From Candidatus Poseidoniia archaeon (GTDB taxonomy: Archaea; Thermoplasmatota; Poseidoniia; MGIII; CG-Epi1): DNA of 49,711 bases. Position 1 is the stretch's first letter. Every line of letters starts with the position of its first letter. Of this stretch, positions 19,628-29,482 are shown piece by piece. The stretch is taken from the NCBI GenBank assembly GCA_029936395.1, contig JAPYSW010000004.1:1-49711 (forward strand). Direction: 5' to 3'. The notes below the pieces were generated by a model. That model had not been told where the DNA came from. It saw only the letters and a list, made by a program, of their open reading frames with translations, and searched no databases. The translations under genes were made by a program, and so were the position numbers.

Positions 19628-20293
19628 ATGTATATAGATATAAATGTTTTTGATGATCGAGTAATCTCATGCCAAAAATGTCCTCGACTAATTGAATATG
19701 CGAATCAAACTAAAAAAAACCACAAGAAAAAAGATTTTGTAAATGACGATTATTGGTGCAAACCAGTACCATCATTCGGAAGTTTAGATTCAGAAATCTT
19801 AATTGTCGGATTAGCACCTGGAAAACATGGTGCTGGGAGAACTGGACGCCCATTTACAGGAGACTATGCTGGAGACATATTATACAAAGCCCTTTATGAG
19901 TCTGGATTCTCTAACTCTAAATACAGCATCTCTAGATCTGACAAACTAATGTTAAATAATGTTAGAATCTCTAATGCCGTTAGATGTGCACCACCTCAGA
20001 ATAAACCTACTAATGAAGAAATCGTTAATTGTCGGCCTTTTTTAATCGAAGAAATAAAAATGATGGCTAGACTAAAATATATACTAGCTCTAGGTAGTTT
20101 GGCACATAGACAAATTATTCAATGCATAGGAGAAACACAATCAAATTATAAATTTAAACATAATGTTAAACATAAAATTCCTGATTTAAAATGGAAATTA
20201 GTAAATTCTTACCATACCAGCCGTTACAATATAAACACAAAAAGATTAACCTATGAAATGTTTTTGAAAGTCATTGATAAACTGAACCATTAA
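19628..20293 (+). CDS. Uracil-DNA glycosylase family 5 (UDGb, 4Fe-4S)
   Basis: CxxCPRL, GLAPGKHGAGRTGRPFTGD, RCAPPQNKP...C, SYHTS; start refined to ATG 19628. Confidence 0.9.
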   Translation: MYIDINVFDDRVISCQKCPRLIEYANQTKKNHKKKDFVNDDYWCKPVPSFGSLDSEILIVGLAPGKHGAGRTGRPFTGDYAGDILYKALYESGFSNSKYSISRSDKLMLNNVRISNAVRCAPPQNKPTNEEIVNCRPFLIEEIKMMARLKYILALGSLAHRQIIQCIGETQSNYKFKHNVKHKIPDLKWKLVNSYHTSRYNINTKRLTYEMFLKVIDKLNH

Positions 20294-20302
20294 TTTTTAT
20301 TC

Positions 20303-20896
20303 ATGTCTCTAGATACAGTTACAGTGACTAATCATAGAATATCTAATTTATTGACAGCAATCCTTCTTTTTACAATTGGATGCGGAGGACGAATTATGCT
20401 TCACGATTATCCTAATTTTGAAACTGTGATGGTGTCTATATTTTTAGCGTCAATGCTACTACCATTAAGTATGTCATTCATAGTTACTATTTCTATAATA
20501 CTCTTTAGTGACATATATCTAGGCTATTTTGGAACTTCCAAAATAATTCTTTTTACTTATTCTGGATTCTTATTAGTATCTCTTGTTACCTCCAAGTTCA
20601 AGAATCATATTAAGGGTGATTATAGCTCAAATACGGTTTATAAATTCAGTGCATCTGGCATTATATTTGCCGGCATCTATGATATTTGGACGAACTTGGG
20701 AGTTTTTTTATTATCCTATGAATTAACTTTTGGAAATTTAATTTTGGTATATATTTTGGGAATTCCATTTATGATTTATCATCTATTATCTAGTGTAATA
20801 ACATTTACACTTCTTGGGTTTCCTCTTTATTATTTATTTACAACAAATAATAAAAATGAATATAATATACCCACAATAACCGAATTGAAATCTTAA
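20303..20896 (+). CDS. ECF S-component-like (DUF6580-like) integral membrane transport protein
   Basis: About 6 TM helices, R..LH.YPNF motif near the N-terminus, SD, TN.GV, GIPF; ~197 aa is typical of S-components. Confidence 0.6.
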   Translation: MSLDTVTVTNHRISNLLTAILLFTIGCGGRIMLHDYPNFETVMVSIFLASMLLPLSMSFIVTISIILFSDIYLGYFGTSKIILFTYSGFLLVSLVTSKFKNHIKGDYSSNTVYKFSASGIIFAGIYDIWTNLGVFLLSYELTFGNLILVYILGIPFMIYHLLSSVITFTLLGFPLYYLFTTNNKNEYNIPTITELKS

Positions 20897-20913
20897 AGAA
20901 ACTAAACTTAGTC

Positions 20914-20921
20914 TTTTTATA
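20914..20921 (+). promoter_or_regulatory. Putative TATA box of the DUF4430 gene
   Basis: TTTTTATA starting 30 nt upstream of the GTG start; same geometry at 21399. Confidence 0.45.
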
Positions 20922-20943
20922 GTTAGATTCAAATGAAAAATTA

Positions 20944-21387
20944 GTGAGTGAAACTCGTAATGTAATTATTGCAATACTTGTCGTTAACTTGTTAGCTTTT
21001 AGCGGCATTATATATGAAACTGGATATTTTGAAGATGGTGATCTAGATACGTCAACGATTGTAACTGCTAAAATTATAATTCAATTCAAGAATTTGGGAG
21101 ATAATGATACCAAAATATTTGATGAGATAACTACCTCTGAAGCAACCCCTTATGGGATTTTGATTGCAGCTAGTGAAAATAGTTATTCTGTGACTGCATC
21201 GACACATTCTGTTTATGGATTGTACATAAATTCTATAGATGGGTGGGGAGACTGTAATGAATGTCAAAATGAGGACGGTTATTTCTGGATTTATTCGGTA
21301 AATAATGAGAGTGGAGATTTGGCAGCTAATCGAAAAGTTATCAATGACAATGACATTATAGAATGGATTTACACAAGCGAATATTAA
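20944..21387 (+). CDS. Membrane-anchored DUF4430 (transcobalamin C-terminal-like) protein
   Basis: N-terminal TM; YGLYINSIDG...YFWIYSVN.E...AA....INDNDIIEWIY. Confidence 0.75.
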   Translation: MSETRNVIIAILVVNLLAFSGIIYETGYFEDGDLDTSTIVTAKIIIQFKNLGDNDTKIFDEITTSEATPYGILIAASENSYSVTASTHSVYGLYINSIDGWGDCNECQNEDGYFWIYSVNNESGDLAANRKVINDNDIIEWIYTSEY

Positions 21388-21398
21388 TCTAAAGAGTG

Positions 21399-21406
21399 TT
21401 TTTATA
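21399..21406 (+). promoter_or_regulatory. Putative TATA box of the clostripain gene
   Basis: TTTTTATA starting 29 nt upstream of the GTG start. Confidence 0.45.
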
Positions 21407-21427
21407 GATGCTTAACAGGACTGGGCT

Positions 21428-24013
21428 GTGAAACGGGTCCTGCTATATGCAATAGCATTCTTTCTAATTTTCCCTTCAGGTAATCTTAGTGTGGCTGAAG
21501 TAGAAGATATCCCTGAGTGGGGATTTTATGTATATATGGCTGGAGATAATTCACTATATGAAGAAGCTGAAGACGATTTGAATGAAATGAAAATGGTTGG
21601 TTCAAATGATGATTTAGAAATTGTAGTATTAACTGATCAAAATATGAATGATGATTCACATGCATATCATGTAATTAAACATGACTTAGAAGAAACTCCA
21701 TTAAATGAAATAAACTCAAATTGGGATAATGAATTAGACATGGGCAATGGAGATACGCTTAGAGATTTTATGATCTGGGCTTCATCAGAATACCCGGCCC
21801 AAAGAAAAGTTTTGATTATTTGGAATCATGGTAGTGGATGGAAAAAGGTTGCTGAAGATAAAAACAGCCATCTCGATGTTCCTGAAATAAGGGAAGCATT
21901 AGAAGAATATAGAACGATAACTGGTGAACCTCAATTGACCATGCTTGGATTCGACGCATGTTTAATGGGTATGTTTGAAATTGCTTATGAACTGAAAGAC
22001 CAAGCTGAAATGATACATGGATCTGAAGCTTATGAACCACTAGAAGGATGGACATATAATCATCTTTTGTATAAATTAAATGAAGATACTACCAATGAGC
22101 AATTCGCCCATGATGTAGTAAATGATTATATTGAATCATATCGTAATGGTTCAGTGTATACTAGTTATTCAGTTACAGCTTCTGTAGTGGACACTGAAAA
22201 ATTAGGCAATATTTGGAATGAACTAGATAATTTAAGCTCTGAAATTAATAGTATTTTACCCGTATATTATGATGAAATCAGTACATCAAGAGAAGAGACT
22301 CAACGATATGACCAAAATCCAGATTATAGAGATTTATACGATTTTACAATAAATCTAGAGAATATAATACCTGTAACTGACGTAAAGACTAAAGCTAAAG
22401 AACTTCAAAGGGCAATAGAAGAAACAATGATTGTAGAAGATCATTGGCAAAAACCAGGTAAATTAAATGTTGATAAGGCACATGGATTAACTATCTATTT
22501 TCCAACCAATGGCGCTGAGACAGGTTATAATAATCTTATAATTAATAATAATAAATGGTTTGAATTTATTGAAAACTTTAAAAATGAGATTACGCCTGAA
22601 AGCCATTTCACTGAATTAAATATAGATAGCATAGACACTGGAACTGGATACAATGATAGTGTAAGAATTAATGGAAACTACGCTGGTGATGCCTCAAAAA
22701 TAAAGATTCGACTGATAAATTCTGAAAATATCGTAACAAACCGATATGATGGAGAAGTGAATAATGGTAATATTGATAATATTTTATTACAACCTACAAA
22801 ATCAGGTAATTATTCATTAGAAATTGGAATCTATAATAATGAAGGATTTCTCGAAGACCACCATATAAATGAAAATCTATTCATAAATCTTCAATTACCT
22901 GATTTGTTAGTGAAATCACCTAAAATAATGGTTACAATGAAAGATGGTACAAAACATGAAGTTGAAAATGTTCAGGAAGGTGATAATTTTACTATACATG
23001 GTGAAATTCAAAATATTGGAACTGTAAAATCTAATAATATAACAATTCTAGTAAATACTACCACTTTATCAACTAGCAATACTATTGAAACCATATTTAG
23101 TTATAATGAAATTTTACCTAATCAAAAGAAAGAGTGGAGCCTGAAAATTTCAAATCCATCAATAAATGAAGTTATCCAGATACGTGTCAGTGCATCATCT
23201 ACCGATCCGTTCGAAATAGATCCCGAAAATAATTATACTATAAAATCTTTACGAGTTTTTCCTTTCAATTCTGACAATCCTATTTCACATGAATATAATC
23301 TAATCAGTGAAAATAAAAATATACTAGAGATCAAAGCAGATAATGAAAACAACTATGAGTTTTCATGGTTAGAAAGTTATCTAATTATAACTAGTACTAA
23401 AGAGCAATCTTGGGATTCTATTAGTATTAATCCTATTTTAATGGATGGATGGGAATTTGAATCTGAAACGGTTCTGCATCTCACTGATGAATCTAAATCA
23501 TTGATACGATTGAAGCCGCCTCTAAATACTGAAGCTAAAGAATACAAATTAAATGTGAACCTGATTGATAGAAATGGTGAACTTGCAGGAAATGGGGAGA
23601 TTACTGTTAATGTTCCTCAATATTATGGAATTGGGATAAAAGCTGAACAGATTGGTCAAAAACTATACTTGGAGATACAGAATACTGGAAATGGAAACGA
23701 CTTTTTTACTCTCAATAAAGAACTAGAAGAAGGTCTTGACCTATACTTGACTGAGACCTATTTTGAATTGAAACCCTTTGAATATAGAAATATTCAAGGT
23801 ATAGGAATAGAAATGAATAATTCGAACACATATACTGCTAAATTTATTGTACAAAGTATTGGAAATTCTAATATCTCTGCTGAAATTTCAATTGATGTTC
23901 AAAATGAAGAATCAGTGACTAATTATCCAAAATATGATCGTATGTCTGGACTTTTAGCAGTATTAGGACTTATTGGATTAGTGTACATTATCTATAATCG
24001 AAGATTAGAATAA
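21428..24013 (+). CDS. Clostripain-family (C11) cysteine peptidase, secreted, with CARDB/Ig domains and C-terminal TM
   Basis: VYMAGDNSL, ELDMG, WNHGSGW (His), FDACLM (Cys), GLTIYFP; signal peptide; TM + RRLE tail. Confidence 0.9.
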   Translation: MKRVLLYAIAFFLIFPSGNLSVAEVEDIPEWGFYVYMAGDNSLYEEAEDDLNEMKMVGSNDDLEIVVLTDQNMNDDSHAYHVIKHDLEETPLNEINSNWDNELDMGNGDTLRDFMIWASSEYPAQRKVLIIWNHGSGWKKVAEDKNSHLDVPEIREALEEYRTITGEPQLTMLGFDACLMGMFEIAYELKDQAEMIHGSEAYEPLEGWTYNHLLYKLNEDTTNEQFAHDVVNDYIESYRNGSVYTSYSVTASVVDTEKLGNIWNELDNLSSEINSILPVYYDEISTSREETQRYDQNPDYRDLYDFTINLENIIPVTDVKTKAKELQRAIEETMIVEDHWQKPGKLNVDKAHGLTIYFPTNGAETGYNNLIINNNKWFEFIENFKNEITPESHFTELNIDSIDTGTGYNDSVRINGNYAGDASKIKIRLINSENIVTNRYDGEVNNGNIDNILLQPTKSGNYSLEIGIYNNEGFLEDHHINENLFINLQLPDLLVKSPKIMVTMKDGTKHEVENVQEGDNFTIHGEIQNIGTVKSNNITILVNTTTLSTSNTIETIFSYNEILPNQKKEWSLKISNPSINEVIQIRVSASSTDPFEIDPENNYTIKSLRVFPFNSDNPISHEYNLISENKNILEIKADNENNYEFSWLESYLIITSTKEQSWDSISINPILMDGWEFESETVLHLTDESKSLIRLKPPLNTEAKEYKLNVNLIDRNGELAGNGEITVNVPQYYGIGIKAEQIGQKLYLEIQNTGNGNDFFTLNKELEEGLDLYLTETYFELKPFEYRNIQGIGIEMNNSNTYTAKFIVQSIGNSNISAEISIDVQNEESVTNYPKYDRMSGLLAVLGLIGLVYIIYNRRLE

Positions 24014-24056
24014 TCAGACACAACATTTTTTAGACAAGGTCACTAATACCTAAATA

Positions 24057-27000
24057 ATGAGATGTCTTGGAATTGTCACTTTCTTGGTTTTAAGCACATT
24101 AATGCCTATGGTTTCAATGGCAGAGGAAGAACCTAAATTTGACAGCACCTTTTTTGATTTAAATGCTAATGGCCTAGATGATAGAATAGAACCATTAATC
24201 AACATACAAGAAGAAATAGATGTTATCCTTATGTTTACGGAAAGACCTACCCAATTGCATCATACAGAAATAAATAATATTGAAATTGAGGTTACACATG
24301 TTTACAAATATATTAATGCGATTAGATTAGATGACGTCCCATCAAATAAAATATTCGAATTAACAAAAATATCCAACCTGAAAATTGTAGAATGGCAAGC
24401 TCCAGTTCATACTTTTTTGGATACGGCTGCAAGTGCAATTAAAGTTAGAGAATCAAGTGAATATAGTCCAGTTGTCTGGGACAACAATGTCTATGGTGAA
24501 GGAATTAATGTAGCTGTTTTGGATACTGGAGTTGACAACGAACATGAGACCTTTGATGTTTTTGAAGATCAAGGCGTTAGAAGATTTATTGCTGGAATGA
24601 ATTGTGATGGGGGATGTCCAACAGATGATGATGGTAATTATCAATTTACTACAGAAGAGGATAGTAGTGAAGATCCCGATGATTTTGATGGACATGGAAC
24701 TCATGTGGCATCTACAGTTCTAGGAATGGGGGGAGACACTGGAGAAGATGGAGATGGCGATGATAATGGAGATGGAATACAAGACTATCTTGGAATTGCT
24801 CCTGCTGCAAGATTAATTGATATGAAAGTAATGGCTGATTGGGGTTCTGGATCTAGTGCTGACATTAATGAAGCTATTGAAGCTTGTATTGAGAATGTAA
24901 ATACGGATTGGGAAAATGACGGTGAGAAAAATAATGGTATACATGTTATGTCTATGTCACTTGGTACCACCAGCGGAAGTGATGGCTCAGATTCGCAATC
25001 TCAACTAGTAAATCAAGCTAATGCTGCCGGAATTGTAGTGGTCATAGCCATGGGAAATGATGGTGATGAAGAAGTTCCATCACCAGCTTCTGCAGACTGG
25101 AGTGTCGCAGTTGGAGCCATGGACAATATGAATAATATTAATCGAAATGATGACGATTTGGCAAGTTACAGTAATTATGGGCCAAGGGATGACGATGGAG
25201 ATAGTGACAGATGGGATGAACTGAAACCATCAATCGTAGCTCCTGGAAGTGATATAACTGCAGCACAAGGACATAGTAACTTTTTCGGTGAAAGTAGTGC
25301 CAGCGGATGGACTGCTAAATCAGGTACAAGCATGGCAACTCCTATTGTTTCAGGATTAGTTGCATTACTCCTTGAAGCTGACATCTCATTAAGGCCAACA
25401 TCTAACTCTAATCCAGCTCGTGATAGACTGCAGGAATACTCGGAAGCATGGGATGGCGAACATGACGGAAGTGCGTCTGAGCCAGATGAAAATGAAAAAT
25501 ACAACTATTATTATGGTAATGGTTATATTGACGGATATGAAATCGTAGACATTAACCAACCTGATGCAGTTATTACTGAAATCTCAACGGTACCCGAAGA
25601 ACCTGTTGAAGGAGATACAGTAACAATTTCAATAAAAGTTGAAAATGAAGGAAACATGGACATTGATAGCTCAGCTATCAAATTATTTGTGGACCAAAAT
25701 GAAATTGAAGATGATAATTCGCTAGGAACAATAAACGTAGGATCCAACACTATATGGACTTATGATTGGACACCAAATGAGGGTGAATATGAACTTCAAG
25801 CTGAAGTATATGATGTAAATCCGTCAGAAGGCAATATAGACAATAATTTGTTTGATACTACAATATCTGTTTCAGAAGCTCCAGCAGATGGTGCAGACTT
25901 AGCTATAACTGAAGTCTGGACAGATGATAACGATCCAATACATAATGAGCATATCAATATTTATGCTAAAATAAAGAATCAGGGGACTGAAGAAGCCATA
26001 GACTTTGAACTAAGATGGTATGATGATGATGTACGTTTTGCAACACTTGAAGGCGCTTCTGTTGATGTTGATGAAGAAATAACAATTTCTGGAAAATGGG
26101 TTGCTAAAGAGGGTGAAAGTAATTTAATTGCTAGACTTGTTAGTATTGAACCTGAAGACCAAAATAATAATAATGATAACAGAATGTTTTCTATTAATGT
26201 TGGGCCACCACCAGAAGAACCTGATTTCACACCTGCAAATATAAATATTGAAGGGACATTAGAAGAGGGACAAGAACTAACTATTAGCTTTGAAATTAAT
26301 AACCTAGGTAAAACTAACGGAAATATAGATTACAAGCTAATGATTGATAGTGTTACTATAGATGATGGAAATTTAGATGTTGGTGCAGAGGGAACCGAAA
26401 TAGTTAGTTATGATTGGGAAGCTGAAAAAGGGAATCATAACATAAAAATTAGCTTAGATAATTCTGATCCTGTAGAAACAACTGAAGATAATAATGAAGT
26501 AACAAAGGAAGTAGAAATTCAAGAACCTAAAGAAAATTTTGAATTAAAAAGTATTTCATGGAATGATCCACTAACTGTTGGCGAATCTACAACAATTATT
26601 GTAACTATCAATAATAATGGTGGAAAATCAGGCATTGCTACAATTACTACTTATGCAAAAGATAGTCTAATTGCCCAAACCGATATTGAGGTTTCAGCAG
26701 GACAAGAAGAAATGGTATCCTTTGAATGGACTCCATATGAACCTGGAAGCATACAAATTAAAGCCCAAATAGAGAATGTAGAAGAAACAATAACCAAGTA
26801 TGCATTTGTTCAAGAACCTGAAGAAGAAAATCTTGAACCTGTCGCAATCGGTATGATTTATATCAATGATTTAGCATCTAGTAATTCACTACTTACTGTA
26901 GTAAAACAAGAAGATAAAATAACATTTAATGCAGAAGAATCTTATGACTCTGATGGGACTATTATCAAATATGAATGGACTATATTACATATTTCTGATA

Positions 27001-27404
27001 ATTCTGAAATTATAAGAACGCAAGAAAATTTTGATTATACCTTTGATAAAGATGGAACTTATAGTATTAGCTTAACTGTTACGGATAATTCGCAAGATAG
27101 TCATGCTTGGCAAGGAAGTATTGTTGTAGAAAAAATTGTAGTAAATAGTAACAATAATGAAGATGGTGAAAGCAATATAATACTGATAGGAGGAACTATA
27201 GCCGTAATCGGGATTATAGGTGCCATAATCGGAATGAAATATTTTAGAACTGAAGAAGAAGAGGACTTCTTTGACTTTGAAGAAATGGGACCAACAAATT
27301 TATCATGTCCTAATTGTTCGGGTATAATAACAATAACAACTGATCAAAGACCAATTCGTGTCGGATGTCCTATGTGTCAAGCTCAGTTTGATATTAAAGA
27401 ATAA
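24057..27404 (+). CDS. Subtilisin-like S8 serine protease with CARDB repeats, PKD, TM and C-terminal zinc ribbon
   Basis: VAVLDTG, HGTHVA, AMGN, GTSMATP; CARDB repeats; SYDSDGTIIKYEW PKD; TM; CPNC...CPMC. Confidence 0.93.
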   Translation: MRCLGIVTFLVLSTLMPMVSMAEEEPKFDSTFFDLNANGLDDRIEPLINIQEEIDVILMFTERPTQLHHTEINNIEIEVTHVYKYINAIRLDDVPSNKIFELTKISNLKIVEWQAPVHTFLDTAASAIKVRESSEYSPVVWDNNVYGEGINVAVLDTGVDNEHETFDVFEDQGVRRFIAGMNCDGGCPTDDDGNYQFTTEEDSSEDPDDFDGHGTHVASTVLGMGGDTGEDGDGDDNGDGIQDYLGIAPAARLIDMKVMADWGSGSSADINEAIEACIENVNTDWENDGEKNNGIHVMSMSLGTTSGSDGSDSQSQLVNQANAAGIVVVIAMGNDGDEEVPSPASADWSVAVGAMDNMNNINRNDDDLASYSNYGPRDDDGDSDRWDELKPSIVAPGSDITAAQGHSNFFGESSASGWTAKSGTSMATPIVSGLVALLLEADISLRPTSNSNPARDRLQEYSEAWDGEHDGSASEPDENEKYNYYYGNGYIDGYEIVDINQPDAVITEISTVPEEPVEGDTVTISIKVENEGNMDIDSSAIKLFVDQNEIEDDNSLGTINVGSNTIWTYDWTPNEGEYELQAEVYDVNPSEGNIDNNLFDTTISVSEAPADGADLAITEVWTDDNDPIHNEHINIYAKIKNQGTEEAIDFELRWYDDDVRFATLEGASVDVDEEITISGKWVAKEGESNLIARLVSIEPEDQNNNNDNRMFSINVGPPPEEPDFTPANINIEGTLEEGQELTISFEINNLGKTNGNIDYKLMIDSVTIDDGNLDVGAEGTEIVSYDWEAEKGNHNIKISLDNSDPVETTEDNNEVTKEVEIQEPKENFELKSISWNDPLTVGESTTIIVTINNNGGKSGIATITTYAKDSLIAQTDIEVSAGQEEMVSFEWTPYEPGSIQIKAQIENVEETITKYAFVQEPEEENLEPVAIGMIYINDLASSNSLLTVVKQEDKITFNAEESYDSDGTIIKYEWTILHISDNSEIIRTQENFDYTFDKDGTYSISLTVTDNSQDSHAWQGSIVVEKIVVNSNNNEDGESNIILIGGTIAVIGIIGAIIGMKYFRTEEEEDFFDFEEMGPTNLSCPNCSGIITITTDQRPIRVGCPMCQAQFDIKE

Positions 27405-27405
27405 A

Positions 27406-28521
27406 TTAAGATTTAAGACCTACAGCCTCGGAAATTGAATTAAGACCTTCATCTTTTACACGTTTTTTAAGGCCTGATATTATATTTTTAGCAATACCAG
27501 GGCCCTCAAATACCAAACCAGTATAAAGTTGAATTAAAGAAGCACCAGCGGTTATTTTTTCCCAAGCATCATCTGCTGTGAAAATACCACCTACTCCAAT
27601 AATTGGAATATTTCCCTCTGATATTTTGTAAATTTTACGAATCATCTCGGTACTTTTACTATTGAGAGGTGCACCACTTAATCCTCCAATTTCTTTGTAT
27701 ATCTTTTCAGATGAAACGTTTTTCGTCTCAGGTCTCTCTATTGTTGTATTTGTAGCAACTATTCCTGAAATATTGTATTTCTTAACCAATTCTACAATAT
27801 CTTCTAAGAAACCATCATCCAACTCAGGAGCTATCTTTACTAAAATGGGTTTTTCTATATTACCTTCATCATTAGAACATTCTTTATTCGTTTCACAACA
27901 CTTCTTTATTATCAATTCTAAATTTTTAGCCTCTTGAAGATCCCTAAGTCCGGGAGTATTTGGAGAACTCACATTTATTACAAAGAAATCGGCATGCATC
28001 CACAATATCTTAATTGAACCTGAATAATCTGAAGGTGCATCTTTCAATGGTGTCACTCTAGATTTTCCGAGGTTAATGCCTACTGGAGAATCAGGCCAAA
28101 GCCCCTTATCTTTCCAAAACTGCAACTGTTTTTGAAGTGCTTGTGCACCTATGTTATTGAAACCCATTCTATTGATAAGTGCTTTATCCTTACCAACTCT
28201 AAACATTCTTGGTTTGGGATTGCCTGGCTGATCATGAAGTGTTACCCCTCCTATTTCACAAAAACCATAACCTATAGATTGCCATGAAGGAACTGCAGCA
28301 CCATTCTTGTCCATTCCTGCAGCAATCCCAAGCGGGTTTGGAAAATCTAGGCCAATGACATTTACAGGAAGTTCAGGAGAACTATACAGGTTCCCAAGTA
28401 ATGATGTTAGAAGGCGAGAACGACTTGTCCTTGCTAATGTAGAGATTATACGATTATGAGCTTTTTCAGAATCCTGTAAAAAAACTGCCGGGCGCAGAAT
28501 TGTTCTGTAAAGAAAGCTCAT
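27406..28521 (-). CDS. pyrD: Dihydroorotate dehydrogenase (quinone), class 2
   Basis: AAGMDKN, QPGNPKPRMFR, INRMGFNN, NVSSPNTPGLR, KIAPE, TNTT, GGLSG. Confidence 0.95.
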   Translation of the reverse strand: MSFLYRTILRPAVFLQDSEKAHNRIISTLARTSRSRLLTSLLGNLYSSPELPVNVIGLDFPNPLGIAAGMDKNGAAVPSWQSIGYGFCEIGGVTLHDQPGNPKPRMFRVGKDKALINRMGFNNIGAQALQKQLQFWKDKGLWPDSPVGINLGKSRVTPLKDAPSDYSGSIKILWMHADFFVINVSSPNTPGLRDLQEAKNLELIIKKCCETNKECSNDEGNIEKPILVKIAPELDDGFLEDIVELVKKYNISGIVATNTTIERPETKNVSSEKIYKEIGGLSGAPLNSKSTEMIRKIYKISEGNIPIIGVGGIFTADDAWEKITAGASLIQLYTGLVFEGPGIAKNIISGLKKRVKDEGLNSISEAVGLKS

Positions 28522-28565
28522 CTAAAAATTAAGTCGATAAATAGTCCAATATAAGCTTAATGGAA

Positions 28566-28760
28566 CTATTCGTCTAAACTCTCCTCTGATTCCATAATAT
28601 TGAGAACTACACTAATAATTCCTAATAGTGATAGCAAGGCACCTAAAACTAGCATCCAAATTGGAGAATCTTTCCATTCATACCAAGACAATGAAATAAT
28701 TAAACCTACTAAAAGAAAAAGTGCTGATACAACCTGCTTAAAGAGTAAAGACACAGACAC
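28566..28760 (-). CDS. Small two-TM hypothetical membrane protein
   Basis: Two hydrophobic helices and an acidic tail; fills the intergenic gap; GTG start. Confidence 0.65.
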   Translation of the reverse strand: MSVSLLFKQVVSALFLLVGLIISLSWYEWKDSPIWMLVLGALLSLLGIISVVLNIMESEESLDE

Positions 28761-28803
28761 CTAGTGGAGTTGGTCTTAAAACCAGACCTCCATAAACCCT
28801 AGT

Positions 28804-29481
28804 ATGAGCATAAGCTTGACTGTAATTATTCCTACGTTAAACGAAGGTGAATCTATAGGGCCCACTATTGATCAAATTCCACGTAATTTACCTTGGTTAG
28901 ATGTAAAAGTTCTAATTATTGATGGAAATTCAACGGATAACACAGTTGAAGAGGCTGAGAAACAAGGAGCTATTGTTCATAATGAACCACGTAAAGGTTA
29001 CGGGAGAGCATACAAAACTGGCTTTAGTTTAGTAGATACTGATTACGTAGCTACAATTGATGGTGATACTACATATCCCGCAGATAAGATACCTCACGTT
29101 CTTGCATTCTTAATTAATAATAATTTAGATTATGTAACATGTAATAGATTGGATAAAATGGACAAAGATGCAATGTCTATTACTCATAAGATTGGTAATT
29201 GGGGATTAACATTTGGAACTAATTTATTTCATGGAATTAATATCAAAGATTCACAAAGCGGTATGTGGGTATTCAAGAAAGAAGTTATTTCAAAAGTAAA
29301 ATTAACAAGTGATGGAATGCCTCTTTCTGAAGAGTTTAAGATTGAAGCCTTTAAACGAGGATTAAGAGCAATCGAGATACCTGTACCATTTCATGCAAGA
29401 GTTGGGGAAGTAAAACTAAATACTTGGAAAGATGGGATTTGGAATTTATGGTTTTTAGTTACTAAAATGAGAGATTTCTAG
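28804..29481 (+). CDS. GT2 glycosyltransferase (Dpm1-like polyprenol-phosphate glycosyltransferase)
   Basis: IIPTLNE, IDGNSTDNT, GYGRA, DGD.TYP, DSQSGM, R.GEVKL..WKDG. Confidence 0.88.
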   Translation: MSISLTVIIPTLNEGESIGPTIDQIPRNLPWLDVKVLIIDGNSTDNTVEEAEKQGAIVHNEPRKGYGRAYKTGFSLVDTDYVATIDGDTTYPADKIPHVLAFLINNNLDYVTCNRLDKMDKDAMSITHKIGNWGLTFGTNLFHGINIKDSQSGMWVFKKEVISKVKLTSDGMPLSEEFKIEAFKRGLRAIEIPVPFHARVGEVKLNTWKDGIWNLWFLVTKMRDF

Positions 29482-29482
29482 A

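Noticed and set aside
19560-19670. Apparent head-to-head overlap of the CARDB and UDG ORFs
   Set aside because: Both track starts are over-extended; refined starts 19559 (-) and 19628 (+) leave a normal divergent promoter gap.
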